A stretch of DNA of 64,000 nt from Saccostrea cucullata (taxonomy: Eukaryota): positions 1-64,000 of the forward strand of contig NW_026921094.1 of NCBI RefSeq assembly GCF_032062105.1, written 5' to 3'. The notes beneath the pieces were generated by a model that was not told the DNA's origin, did no database searches, and saw only the letters and a program-made list of their open reading frames with translations. This document shows positions 12,298 through 25,989 of this stretch, piece after piece. The position numbers and the translations under genes were made by a program. Position 1 is the first letter of the stretch. Each line of letters opens with the position of its first letter.

Positions 12298-13766
12298 TTA
12301 AATGTCAAGATTAAACATATGTTTGCATCTGAAAACTTTGACCAGTCCGCTGGTGTTTCCCACCCACAGTGTAGACTTGTAGAGAGATAGTGAGGTCGGA
12401 AAATTCAGAGTCAGCAAAAATTTTACAAATGTTCCAGAAACACTCAGCAGATGTATCTTGTGATTCTTTGCGTCGGAAACAAGGATGTTACAGAGAGAGT
12501 CACACACTACGTCATATGGATCAAAATTCTCTCCCGTGTCTTTCATATTTTGTCCAGTATAGATAGATTTAATAAAACCTGATGAAGTTATAATGAACAG
12601 ACTACCGGTGGAAACTGTCCAGTTTACAACACAAATATCATGGTTACCATTCTGCATGACTCGCCGTGGGTAAATGATCGGTTGTTTGTGGTCTTGAAAC
12701 TTGTATTCGTGTTTTATCTCACCTGTCAACGTCAGCTGCAACAATGGAGGGAAACAATAACAGTAGTAACGTTCACAAGAACAGTATGGTCTGGAAAATT
12801 CGAGGTTACTGTGTATAAGTGTAACTAGCAGATCACCCGTTATTGACTGACAAATTCCAAGTGGTATTTGTTGATACTTGTTAAAGACTTTAGAAACGGA
12901 TCCCGACGTGGATAGACGATAGATGGCTTTGTTCTCATTGTCAGTAAAATATACGACGCCATCAATACAAACACATATATCAGAAATATTGAACATGAAC
13001 GATTGTTGAATCGCACCTTGTGTGTTGATTTGATGCGTGTCTTCTGAAGCTGCCTGAATGTAGCAATAATTTTCATCGAATGCTTAAAGAATTCTTGTTG
13101 GATTATTCTTATATTGAAATGATATTGTTTCATCGGCAACTAACTCTACAGACATGGTTTCCCGCAAACAATCGTGGAGTGTTTCTTTTTTATAATCCAT
13201 AAGCCATTCAGATTTCTTTATTTCGTTGTATTTCTGTCGCCACAATCGGACATTGTCCAACAAGCTGTAATCAGACATAGTGGCGTTGTTACTTTCGATA
13301 AAACCTACTTCTTCAACAAGTTGGTTTAACTTCTTCGCTATTTTTTTACCTTCTGCTTCTGCGTTCCATAGATTGTCATTCACTGTTTCCTCATTCTTCT
13401 TCTTGATTTCTAGCAGCCTATTTATGATTTGATCGTAATGTATCTGCAAAGTTTTAATGTCAGAATCATGAAGATTTTTATTTTCTTCTATCTTTTTTTT
13501 TTTAACTCCATACGTTCTGTAAATAACTTTGAGGAATCCCTGTTGATAGTGAGTTTCGATTTTTCCAGCAGTTTTTTCCTCATTTCGCCTGCTGCAGTAG
13601 CCAAAGTCTCCCAGTTATGATCTTTGTGTTCTGTTTTAGCACACTTGGAACAAATAAATTCATCACAATCCTCACAGAATATATCTATACGCACGCCGTG
13701 TTTGTCACAAGTTGGAATATGTTCTTGCGGAGAACCTTCTATGCATTGCGATTTGTTTGTCGCCAT
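12298..13766 (-). pseudogene. B-box/CC/propeller gene, subfamily beta (Cys-rich loop); disrupted
   Basis: Three consecutive ORF pieces. T11 run at 13493-13503 (T6 in paralog) and GAA>TAA at 13084. Carries the RPYCSCERYYCYCFPP loop. Confidence 0.9.
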
Positions 13767-15212
13767 TTTTACCTTGTGTGAAACTGTTGAATACTTTAGC
13801 TAACATTAAAAGCTGTCGATAGGATTCAGTGAAATCATTTCAGTTGTGAAAGCATTAAGAATTATGTCTGTATACGCCGTATAAGATTTGCAAGTTAAAA
13901 TACAACCCCTTTGTATGTTTTGATGTGTTTGGTTACCACTAGAACATTTTAATGAATTTACATATGCGCTGTCAACAATCAATTTAATGGTTGGTTGCAT
14001 TTAGTGCCAATGCTTAAACATCTCTTTTTTTACTATCTGATCTACCATTAAATTTCAATCGAAAGAAATGATTTAAAAGTGATATGGGGATTTCAAAAAG
14101 AATAAACGTGTACAAATGATAATGTAACTGCACACGTGTTTACTATTGTTCAGTAAAAGGAATCATTCTGCCTTAAAATGAAAGCGTATAGGGAGGGGAA
14201 AATCCCGCTCTCAGACAAGATATTTCTCGATTCAAAACGTTCATTAAAAAGTTTTGAAAATAAATCAGCAATTAGGATTATGATTTTTCCCTTATTTATC
14301 AATAAATAATCTGTTTTCAGTTTTGTTTTTGAGGATATCTGCTCCTCAGCTAGGAATAATTTTTAATCTTAATTTTTTTTTTCTTTTATATCTGAGAACT
14401 AAGATTGAAACTGAAATCTTTTCGTGTCATAGTAAGTTTTGTTTACGATAACTGATGCTACTCTTTTGCAGGGCAAAATGATATGTTTTGGTGAAATATA
14501 ACGCAAAGGCAATTGTTTGATATATGTCAATTTTAAAACTATATATCAACAATTATTTCCTGAATATCAAAATAATAATTTAATTTAAAAATGGCAAAAT
14601 ATGCATGTATAATATCAAATTTTCAATTAGAAGTATAAGCATCAGCATATTGATTTAATTTTAAAATATTCTGATTTGATTTTCACTAAATGAAATCTGT
14701 AATAATGATCTTTGAAGAAATACCATGGTTTACTTTTACACATTTACTGAGACATTACTTGAGAGTTCACAGACATTATTGTAAGCATTTTTAATCGTTT
14801 TTGTGTTGCGTTTATGGACTTTTGAGCTTCAATATTTTTCGTTATCTTCAGTAGATATGCATTTTGTAACAATTCAGCTGGAGAATGTGTATGGTACTGG
14901 TTAACATTGGTGAATGTTTTCTTATTATACTTAAAATTGATAATTATAATGTCAAATTATTGCTGCATTTAAATCAAGTGAATCATTGAAAAAATTCGAA
15001 TAATATGACTGTAGTAGTGTACTATAAAGCAGAGATGACATGCTTAGGAATTGCGATTCAAAGAAGGGAAGAAATTTAAAATACGAACCTACTTTTGTAA
15101 CACATTTATCTAAAAGGACAATTAAATATTTCAAAAAAGAATTTAAAAACAATATGATTGTCATTCGGGGCTGGACACTTTGACCATTCATAAAGCTTTT
15201 CTACCGGTATAT

Positions 15213-16458
15213 TTAAACGTGAAGATTAAACATACTAGTATGTTTGCATCTAAAAACTTTGACATTTCCCTTTGTATTTCCCACCAACAATCTGGATTTG
15301 TACAGGGATAGTGAGGTTGGAAATTGAACTTCACTCTCTGTCAGCAAATATTTCAACAATTTCCCAGATGGACTAAGTAAATGGATGCGATGATATTTCT
15401 CGTCGCTAACAAGGATGTTACAGTAGGAGTCACATGCCACGTCATACGGATCAAAGTTCTCCATGGAGTAGTAGTCAGGGTTTTCGTCTGTCAAGATACG
15501 TCCGTGATACACAAACTTAACCTGACCAGAAGAAGACATTATGACCAGATTTCCTTGAGGAAATATCCAGTTCACAAAACAGATGTCAGAGTTACCATTC
15601 TGTTTGAGCCGTGCTGGATAAATTAAGTGATATCCCCCCTCTATATATTCGTGATCATGATTAGATATGAAAGCACCTGTTAAAGTCAGGCGTCTCACTA
15701 GACATGAGGCAGGGTCAAAAAAGTGAGTATCCGGGGGGAATTTCACAATATCCACTGCTAAGGTGACTAACAAACCACCATCAACTGCCTGACAGATTCG
15801 TAATGGTAAAAATTTCTTTGTATCCGCGATGACAGAGACTGATCCTGAAGGAGAGAGACACACATCAAAGGGATTTATCGTGAGCTTTCTTTTCTCGGTC
15901 CCTCGTATGCTAATTTGATTCACGTACTCGGATGTATGGGACTGGATATAACTAATATCATCACCACATCCCTCCAGTATACGTATTGGTTGATCTCCGT
16001 ATTGAAACAATCCTACATCATCAGGAAAGTTTTCTTTAAAATATCAAATTTTTTTCCTCCATCAGCATTGCGAAGGAAAGTCAAGGTTCTGTATGTCATA
16101 TTGTAGTTGTTCTAGAGTTCAATAACGTTTTCAACTAGAATGAGATCGGACATGCTTCCACTGTTTTTCTTAATATATTATTCCAAGATGCTAAAAAAGC
16201 TTGGTTTTGTCGTCTAAATGAGACTTTACACCCTTTATTTGTTCGTTTGCTTCATGCAAGTTACTTTTCAGTGCCTTTTCAGTGTATTTCTTTATTTTTG
16301 TGAGCCTTCTAATTGCTTCATCGAAATGTTTATGCAAATTCCAACATCACAATTAAAATGATTTTTGTTGTCTTTTTCATATTTTAAAATTTTCTCCTTT
16401 TTCTTCCCAAACTCTTGTATAACTTCCTCCTTTTTATTCGCTAGGTATGTTACATCTC
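15213..16458 (-). pseudogene. B-box/CC/propeller gene, subfamily gamma; 5'-truncated
   Basis: ORF 15213-16010 is homologous to 51540-53027 with an internal in-frame deletion. Coiled-coil region is frameshifted, and the B-box is replaced by SINE-like sequence from ~16460. Confidence 0.85.
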
Positions 16459-16459
16459 T

Positions 16460-16795
16460 TACCATTGGTCACGGTACCGTAGTGGTAGTTCGTTCGCTTT
16501 GTGACGATAGAAAGGATTCTCCTTTGCCGATCCGCGGCAAATCTTAAACGTAAACAATTGAAGTGTTTGTTCCCTTGCAAAGCACCCGGTATTCTCATGA
16601 AAATGAATGTCACTGACCTTTCGGATGATACCTAATTTAAAATCGAGATTAAGTTCCCACGATAATGAACCCTTGATTTTTGTTACTCTGACTGTCAATT
16701 AAGCACTTGATTAAATTTAAAGCCTAGCTTTGATAGACATTTGATGCTTCTCTTGAGGTGTGAAAAATTCTCGAATGAGACGTAAAACAATTTCT
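16460..16795 (+). mobile_element. Decayed tRNA-head SINE-like retroposon
   Basis: cgtagtggtag A-box-like head; cacgataatgaaccct and tgaaaaattctcgaatgagacgtaaaacaa 3' region similar to 60977-61241. Confidence 0.5.
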
Positions 16796-17069
16796 TCCTT
16801 GAACATGTTGAAGATCAGTTTTGCTTTATGTTTAGAAATATAACCAAGATAAAAATCCAGTTATAAATATGATCAAGTTTTTTTTTTTACGAAATTATGC
16901 TGACATTTAACTTTACAGATAATTATCACTAGCCTGTTCTTGTGACCTTGCCCTTTCAACGATCCAGAAACACGGATAAGATATCATATGATTGTGCTGT
17001 TTTTGATGTTATATAATTTTAAATTCCTTATTTCTTTTACATGGATTATTCATAACTAGTATCGTATCA

Positions 17070-17190
17070 ATTCTATGATATCTGGTACACAGAGCATTCT
17101 TTGCTTAAACCTAACAATATCTTCTCTCCAGCTGGATGAAGTATATAATGGTATACGAATTATGTCATTTCAGTATCTGCTAGATCAATT
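17070..17190 (-). pseudogene. 3'-terminal fragment of the TRIM gene (LHPAGEKIL..CSVYQ)
   Basis: Nucleotide match to 8009-8125 and 36391-36510; continues briefly after the insertion at ~17744. Confidence 0.75.
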
Positions 17191-17743
17191 TTTAACATAC
17201 TTAGTAAAAAAAAAAAATACAGGATTTTTGCATATGCAATATGCCTGACGTCACAATAGCCGCATCAGCCCTGCAGGGCTGATATGTCTTTGCGGGGCTG
17301 ATATGGATTTGCAGGGCTGATACGGATCAATATCACAACCTTAGTAAATTAAACCTTAAAAACAGTACTTGTCACATCATACACATATTTTGGGGGCTAC
17401 AAAATTATCTTAATTTTAACTTTTTGATTGTAAGGATAATCTAATAGACAAAAAATAAATTATTTTCAATAACGGATCGGGACCATTTAAAATATAGGTA
17501 CATGTAGATACCCAATTAATAGACCACGTACATTGTAAAAAGCCCGTGCATTGTTATTTACTTATTTTCCTCTCAGATTATTGTGTTCTGTATTTTATTA
17601 TTAAGTATGTAATAAACATAATAAACTATACTCTTTTCCACATCACATCCTGTATCAGTCCTCGTCCTTCATCCCTCTGGCTGATATTGATGTCTCGGGC
17701 TGAAACAGAATGTGATATGGAAAAGGGTATGTATTATTTTCCA
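17191..17743. mobile_element. Non-autonomous element with gggctgata repeats and a ~110-bp terminal palindrome (Crypton-like)
   Basis: Absent from paralog 28308-28325 (gatcaat|gtctctactc). Inverted arms at ~17628-17660 and ~17697-17730. Confidence 0.55.
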
Positions 17744-18127
17744 TGTATCTACTCTTACTGGATCTATACCTGTTGGCTGTGCTCCAGATTTGTATTGGTT
17801 TGATTGATTTTCGATTTCTATTTCTTATCTTTATCATATGCACTCCCAAGCTTAATTCTCTCTTCTTTTTTTTAAAATCTAAATCAACTATGGAGGTATA
17901 AACATGTTTATGGTAGATTTGTGATTGTAAATGATTAAGTTTGGTGTATGCTTCTAATTTAATTTGGTAAATGTGTTCTTGTGAATTTTATTAAAATAGA
18001 TCATTACAATCTCAATTTAAAACTACATTTAAATACAATAAAAAAGTCATATATTTTTTTTAAAATAACCATGACCATGTCTTCTTATGTAACAAATATA
18101 ATAAAAACTGCAATCAAAATATTTCAT

Positions 18128-19160
18128 TATGTGCTCTTAAATACTGAAACTGATGAACAATTCGGTTCATGTGAACCTGAAGCACATTTGCAGCTCTGTT
18201 CTGCAGCATGTTAAATAATAAAGAGGGTGTGTGTGTGTGTATAGAGCATTTATTACAAATGCCAAATGAGATTACAGATTTTACAATATCAGAATGCAGC
18301 AGAAGGTGGGGCCCAAAAACATCCCACACCTTATACAAAAGAAAACTAGTACATATATTTTCTACAAAATTAACAATAAGTACCTTAAACAAAAGAAACT
18401 AGTACATCTATTTTCTACAATAACAAAAGTCATGCAATAACAATAGGCACCTTATATAAAAGAAACTAGTACATGTATTTTCTACAATAACAATAATTAT
18501 GGAGGATTGAAGGGGTGGTGGTGGGTAAAATTTGTAAACCACATTTTGGAGCCGAAATGTTATTCTGATAAGGATAAGGCTAATAGCCGTTACTAGAGGA
18601 CGCTTAAGTATAAAACCCGGAAAACCCTTCGGGACCCATGAATTCAAACAAATTGGTAATTAATAAAAATATGCAATTTATTACGTATTTAGATCACATA
18701 AATTCCTTTATATACATAAATACACTTATGTGCTCTTAAATACTGAAACTGATGAACAATTCGGTTCATGTGAACCTGAAGCACATTTGCAGCTCTGTTC
18801 TGCAGCATGTTAAATAATAAAGAGGGTGTGTGTGTGTGTATAGAGCATTTATTACAAATGCCAAATGAGATTACAGATTTTACAATATCAGAATGCAGCA
18901 GAAGGTGGGGCCCAAAAACATCCCACAAGAGGGACAATGAACGTACAGAGAAGGGTCCCTCGCCCCCCCCCCCCACATTTTGGAGCCGAAATGTTATTCT
19001 GATAAGGATAAGGCTAATAGCCGTTACTAGAGGACGCTTAAGTATAAAACCCGGAAAACCCTTCGGGACCCATGAATTCAAACAAATTGGTAATTAATAA
19101 AAATATGCAATTTATTACGTATTTAGATCACATAAATTCCTTTATATACATAAATACACT
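18128..19160. repeat. Head-to-tail dimeric insertion (units 18128-18726 and 18727-19160)
   Basis: Near-identical first ~200 bp and last ~190 bp in both units with different middles; absent from paralogous flanks. Confidence 0.9.
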
Positions 19161-19235
19161 AAATATTTACAAACAATGAGATTATAATTAAAGATGGACA
19201 CTTTTACGATTCAAACAACCTATCTACGTGTATGT

Positions 19236-20455
19236 TTAAACTTGACTAAACATATATTTGTATCTGAAAACTTTAACAAGTCCTTTTGTATTTCCTACCC
19301 ACAATTTAGATTTGTACAGTGATAATGCGGTTGGAAATTCCATTTCACCTTTTGTAAGCAAAAACTTCAATAATTTCCCAGAAGAACTTAGTAAGTGGAT
19401 CCTGTGATTTTTTGCATCAGTTACAAGGATGTTACAGTAGGAATCACACGCTACGTCATACGGATCAAAGTTCTCAATCGGTCTGTAGAAAGGGTTGTCT
19501 TCTGTCAAGTTATATCCACGATATGTATACTTTATTTGACCAGATGAAGACAAAGCTAAAAAGTATATTTCCATCAGAATCATAAACGCCGATCTCACTT
19601 TTGACGTCACCTGATAGTGTCATATGTCTTACAAGACTTGTAGAAGGCTGCATGAAATGAGAATAATCTGTCAAGGCGACCAGAAGACCACCATCCACCG
19701 ACTCACAGATTCCTAGTGGTTCTAAATCTCCTGTATTTGCGATAATAGAGACAGATCCCGAAGAAAATAGTTGGTAAATACCCCATGTAGGATAGTTCTC
19801 ATTAACAGTGAAAAACACTTCACCATTCTTACAGACATAGATATCACAAAGATTTATCATGTATTCTTGTTTATTACTCCCTTCTATGTTAATTTCATTT
19901 AAAGAGTCTAATAAAAAAGACTGGATATAACAAGTGTCTTCACCACAAACCTCAAGTGTACGTACAGGATTTTCTCCATTTTGAAGAAATCCTACTTCAT
20001 CAGCAATGGCATCCATTGACCAAGTTTGACGCAAGTCATCAAACAATTTTCCTCCATCGTATTCTAAAGGATCTTTAATATTTTTAATATCAGACCGTAA
20101 CTGTTTCAGAATTTTCAAGTTGTCGATCAGGTGGAAATCTGACATATTTCTGCTGTTGTTCTCGATGAATTCTATGGTGTCAACAAGCTGGGATTTTTTC
20201 TTGTCCATCTGAGATTTCAGAGATTTTATTTGTTCGTTTGTTTTGCTCAAGTGGTTTTTCAGTGTATTTTCATGGCTTTTCTTGATTTCTGTCAACCTGT
20301 TCATCACTTCATCAAAATATTTATGTAAGACTCTAATATCATTCTCAAACTGAATTCCATTATCATTTTCCTTTGTTAATATTTTCTCCCTTTTCTCCTT
20401 AAACTCCGGTATCTCATGCTCCTTTATGTCCGCAAGGTACGTCTGGATTCCCCTC
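19236..20455 (-). pseudogene. B-box/CC/propeller gene, subfamily alpha; B-box deleted, internal frameshifting deletion
   Basis: ORFs 19510-20307 and 19236-19610. The QNGNSDIC segment is missing, and the 5' end abuts the (CT)n tract. Confidence 0.85.
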
Positions 20456-20464
20456 CTTTTACAT

Positions 20465-20466
<2 letters not shown>

Positions 20467-20526
<60 letters not shown>
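20467..20526. repeat. (CT)~30 microsatellite
   Basis: Direct reading. Confidence 0.97.
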
Positions 20527-20531
<5 letters not shown>

Positions 20532-21172
20532 ATTCAAATTACTTACTTCAAACTTAACTATCCTGAAATACAAAGGATAAACTTTTCTCACAGGAACGAC
20601 GTCCGACAGGATAGGAATATCATGAATTGACTTAAAAAGCATCCCTTAAATAAAGTATTTTAGAATCAAGATACATGGTATTACGAATCATGACTACAAA
20701 TAAACACAACAAACGTACACGTAACTTTTAATGACGTAAATTCAATTAAGAACAGTGCGAAATTTAACTCCGGACACGACATTTGTCTGGACTTTCGCCA
20801 ACCACTTTTCCAAAGATACATGGAAGATACATGGAAACCATTTATGTCATCTGGTGGGATTTTTTTTATCGCACAGCATGGACTAACCTTTAACCCTGAA
20901 TATCTTCTAGTTTAAAAGATATTACACCTGCAATCAAGAAATCCCATGGGATAATGGTGGGATTTTCTGTCCTAACCAATATCCCACCATTATTCTGTGG
21001 GAGAAAAATGAGTTCTGTGGGATTTTTTCTCCTATAGAATCAAAACTCCCATTTTTAACCTTACATGGGATTTTTTATCCAATAATTTGTGAAATTGGAC
21101 AAGAAGTTCTATAATTGTCATAAATAGAAATAAAAGTTCTCTATCAAAATGTTTTATAGAATATTTTATATC

Positions 21173-21550
21173 AGGCCAAAATAAAATTATAGTTTGTTTG
21201 GAATTGCCTCCCGCCTCATTGAAATGCCCCCTCCTGAAAAAATTTTATTGACTAAAAGTAGGAGGATATTTTTTTTTATTTAATCAATTTTTTCCCATTA
21301 TATGTATCATAATTATGCACCATACAAAACACCAAAATATAGTGTCAGATCTATGTAAAATTAGTTTCTTGGTTGATGGTAGATACTTTTTTTAAAGTCA
21401 GAAAATTTATTTACTGTTTACTGAGATATTTATCAAAAAATTTAAATTTATCTTCCATTAAAAAAAATAATAATAATTTCCCTCCCTCCCTCCTGTGTCT
21501 GAAACCCTACAGGCGGCAATTCCAAACAAACAATTTTTTAAGGATGGCCT
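21173..21550. mobile_element. MITE
   Basis: TIRs aggcca..gtttgtttggaattgcc / ggcaattccaaacaaac..tggcct. Confidence 0.7.
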
Positions 21551-22287
21551 CATACGTGTAGGTGATGCAGGTCGTTAGATAAACTTACGCTTTATCAACG
21601 GCTAGATGCTTTAGCAATAGCACTTTCGGTTTTGACACGATCCCTGGCTTCAAGATTTTATTTTATTTAAACTTTTATTTGTGAAAATTATTTCCCTTAT
21701 AAAATGAATGATAAAGGGCAGTAATATCGTTAAAAGCAAGAAAAAGACTCGTATATGTCAAAGAAGTGTCTTATTTTATCAAGAACCTGTATTGGCTACT
21801 TGAAGACAGATGTTACACCCCCCCCCCTTAAATCGTTTCCGGAAAAAGAAAAAACTAACAGTTAGATTGTTGTTATAAGATTCCTATATCGTCTTCAATA
21901 ATGCTTTCTTATATTATACAATGTATACCTACCTAGTACATGTAATGCAGGTGTAACTTGCCATGGATCAACAATGAATCTACAAAGCCTTGCCCAGCCA
22001 TTTTGTACTACCACCGTACAAAGATTTAATTTTCACGATCCCATGGTCCTTACAACTTTCAGTCAGAGGTTCGTTTGATGTAGAGCCCCAGCAATTGTCA
22101 CATAATGTTTTCAAAGACGCAGATAGCAAAAATTTTAACTTTTGAACACGATCTACTTTCTTTCGAAGCATGTCAACATCAACGGTGGTACGTTATCAAG
22201 CTATACGTCATCAATTTGAATTGGCAAATATTTGTGTAGTTTTGCAGGGGAAGTCTCAAAGTTTTGTTAAAACGAATATTGTATGAA

Positions 22288-22445
22288 ATAAATAGAATAT
22301 CTATAACTGTGTGGTTTGATATTGGCTTATCCAACTCGTTGAAATGGTGTATATTCGCTCGGCAAGCCTCGCGAATATATACACCATTTCAACTCGTTGG
22401 ATAAAGACAATATCCAATCACACAATATAGATATCCTCTATTTAT
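22288..22445. repeat. ~158-bp imperfect palindrome (probable end of a non-autonomous element)
   Basis: Arms ataaatagaatatctata..tccaactcgttgaaatggtgtatattcgc / gcgaatatatacaccatttcaactcgttgga..tatagatatcctctatttat. Confidence 0.85.
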
Positions 22446-23979
22446 CCTGCAGGAGAATGGAAATTGTTTTTATCTCTTTAATTTTCTCCCCCAATGAAAA
22501 TTTCAGTCCTCTTACAATTTATCATTTATCATTAAGAAAGTACATGATATTGCAAGCAAAATTATACCAAATTGTCAAAATTTCATTTAGCAATAAAAAA
22601 GTTATGACCATTCAAGAGAACACACCAGTATGATTAACAGAATAATATGACATGATGATGGATTCTCCCTCTGTAAATTTCAGTCCTCTCACAATTTATC
22701 ATTTTACATTTAGAAAGTATATGCTAATAGGATGAAGTTGTTTGTTTTTAATATATATTCACGAAAGCAAAGAATTATTTTCTTTTTAATAATCTCAAAT
22801 TTCATACTTTGAAAATATAGTATAAAGAAATCCGTCATAAAAATAATTTGAAAATCACTATCTCTTTCGTCAATCATTATTTGGAAGTGAAAGGAAAGGA
22901 CCCCTCGATTTTATCCTACTGGGTATGCAGTGTTGGTGATGCCTGTTCTGATGATATGAATGAAAATACAGTTTCTGGGCAGTAATTATGAAAACACACA
23001 GACTTTTAACGGAAAAATATTTCATTTTGTTTGGTATTCACAGCTGTGGGTTGGAGCATAATAATCTGACCTCACATTTGTTGACAGGTTTCCAGGAAGT
23101 GCTCAAGTTTGACCTCTGACCTTTATGATGCACCCTGACCTGAAGAATTTCATGTTCTTTCAAATAGATTTGCATGACTATAATTGTGAAAATAAACAGT
23201 ATACTTGTATAACCAGATAAAGTATATTAAAATCCACATATAATTCTGCAACATCTATGTTTGTCATCTCTATAAATATATAGTGTAATGTATGTTAGGA
23301 ACAAAACACATACTGTAATTCATATAAACACATTAGTGAAAACACATTAGTGAATGATAAATCTATTAACCTTTGTATACTGCTGAATAAAAAAAAACAC
23401 CATGAAATAAGCTTTGTTTGGTCTATTGTTCTTTAATGTTTAATATGAATATAGTTAAAGAAGTTAAATTGTCAATCACTGATTTCTGCAGCTTAGATAT
23501 AGAATTTCTAAAAATTGGTGAACAAAGAAGACACCCTTTAGATTTTTATTATTCAATAAAAGACCAAATCCATCCCAGACAATTCAGTGTTTAAATAATG
23601 GTCAAACAATTAGAATGAAAAGCGTGAGTTAACGGTCGACATAATGTAGATTATATATTTGTTGACAATTAGCTCATTGTTCGGCCATACAACTTGCAAG
23701 ATGATGACTTTCAACAAGATGGTTGATATCCTTGTTTCATCAAATTGTTTGTCAATATAAAGTTTGCCTTTTTTAAGAAATTGTTTTCACCTAGAACAAG
23801 CTTTTGCGTATTGAGTCAGGCGACATAAACCCATATACTGCTATATAATTATAAGTAAGGAAAGTTGAAGTGATGGTCAAAACGTTTATCATTAAACGTC
23901 TTTTGTTAGGTTACCATTAACGGCTGAAACGAGGAGCTAGCAAGGCATCAACTTTTTGACGAGTAAAATTGAAAAATGT

Positions 23980-25476
23980 TTAAATCTTAATACTAAAAGC
24001 ATGACTATACTGGAAAACTTTGACCTGTCCTCTCGTATTTCCCGCCCACAGTGTCGACTTATACAGGGATAAAGAAGTTGGAAAAATCATTTCTTTCTCT
24101 GTAAGACAAAATTTAAGGAATTTTCCTGCAGGATCTAATAAATGGATTTTGTGATTCCTAGCATCAGTAACAAGAATGTTGCAGAGGGAATCACAAACCA
24201 CGTCATAAGGATCAAAGACCACCGAAGAGTTTTGAAAGGGGCTGTTATTTACAATGTTTTGTCCCCGATAAACGGACTTAAGTATCCCAGAAGAAGTCAA
24301 AATGACCAAATCTCCTTCAGAAGAATTTCTCCAGTTTACAATGCATATGTCACCGTTGCCATTCTGTGTGACTCGCCTTGGGTAAATTAACAGTGGTTTG
24401 TCTTTACTGTTTAGGTGAAGATTTTCGATATCTCCAGTCAACGTTAAGTGTTCTACAGAACGGAAGCTCCAATTCATTAAATGATAAAACTTTGACTCAG
24501 TGTCCATCATAGTGACCAGAAGCCCACCATCCACTGATTGACAGATTCCTAGTGGTTTCATGTATTCTATATCTGAATCAAGGACTTCGGAGACTGATCC
24601 TGTTTTGGAAAAACGAAAGATATTTAAGTTCCTATCGTCAGTGAAATACACCTCTCCATTATCTAAAACGCAGATATCGAAAATTTTTAGTTTGAGTTTC
24701 TTTTTCGTCACACCTTTTTTGTTGACCTGACAAGTGGATTTCGAGAAAAAGGACTGAACGTAACTATCATCTTCTCCAAATGCCTCAAGGATAAGTATTG
24801 CATTGTCCTTATATTGAAATGAGTCTATTTCCTTTGAAACCAAACTAACATTTTCAGAATTTTCAAGTAAATCGTCATAAATTTTCCCCCGTTTGTATTC
24901 CGTCGGATACTCGTATTTTTTGATTTCAGACAACAGTTTTTTCAGTTCTCTGCAGTTGTCAATCAGACTATAATCAGACATTGCTCTGTTATTTTTCTCA
25001 ATCAATTCAACAGTGTCAACAAGTTGGGTCCTCTTTCTTTTTAACACATGCATCACAAGGTTTGCTTGTTCCTGGGTGTCATTATAATTTTCCCTCAATT
25101 TTTGTTGAAAGGACTTCCTGATGTTTGCCAATCTTATCATTATTTCCGCAAAATGTTTCTGAACGAATCTTGCATCGAGATTATAATGTTTTGCATTAGT
25201 CTTTTTCTGTGTTGTTATTTTTTCTATTGTCATATCAAGCTCTGACAAATCCTTCGTCTTAGTATCCTCCAGATATTTCAGCAGATTCTTTCTTTTCAAA
25301 ATTGCTAAATTGGATAAAGTTTCCCAGTTATGATCCTTGTGTTTTGATACACACTTGAAACAAATAAATTCCTCACAATCCTCACAGACTATATCAATAC
25401 GTAAACTATGTTTGTCACACGTGGGGATGTGTTCTTGTTGAGCCCTCACTATAGATTACGAATTACCGGTCGCCAT
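23980..25476 (-). pseudogene. B-box/CC/propeller gene, subfamily delta; full-length frame with one nonsense codon at codon 7
   Basis: ATG GCG ACC GGT AAT TCG TAA at 25476-25456, then 489 open codons containing the B-box, coiled coil and propeller. Confidence 0.8.
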
Positions 25477-25989
25477 TTCCTCAGAATGTTGATAACGTAT
25501 CAAAGACTGATGTGATACGGTACAATGATTTCGGTTAGGTAAATTGTTGGTTCTTTAAATATCCCCCGTTTTTGTAATCAGAACTCTGTGCTTTGAAAGT
25601 AAAAAAGGCAAATATAATCGATTATATTTCAAAAGCTATACATTAGATTTTCATATGAATAATGAATCTCTTTGTATCATGTTCAAATAAACTCTCTCTC
25701 TCTCATATACATCTCATTTGTCATGAATCCAAATAGGATAAGGACAGAAAATGTAAGATTCGAATTTTGTAAAGTGTATGATTGCAATACTCACTGATTT
25801 GGAAAAGCAAACGTTTGATAAAACAGAAAAATGTTTGCAGTTGTCTTTCTGGAAGGTGACATAAACTCGTCACCCCACTAAGACTAACATTTTTATAAAA
25901 AATAACATTTGTTCTGTTCAATCCAGGTCCGTATGAAAACGATGGGGAATAATTTTGCCAGAATATTCTTTATAAGTAGGACATATATT

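Noticed and set aside
18140-18640. Hammerhead ribozyme/retrozyme in the dimeric insertion
   Set aside because: ctgatga and cgaaa occur, but not in the order and stem context of a hammerhead core.
20424-20642. ORF with ER repeats
   Set aside because: Translation of the (CT)n microsatellite.
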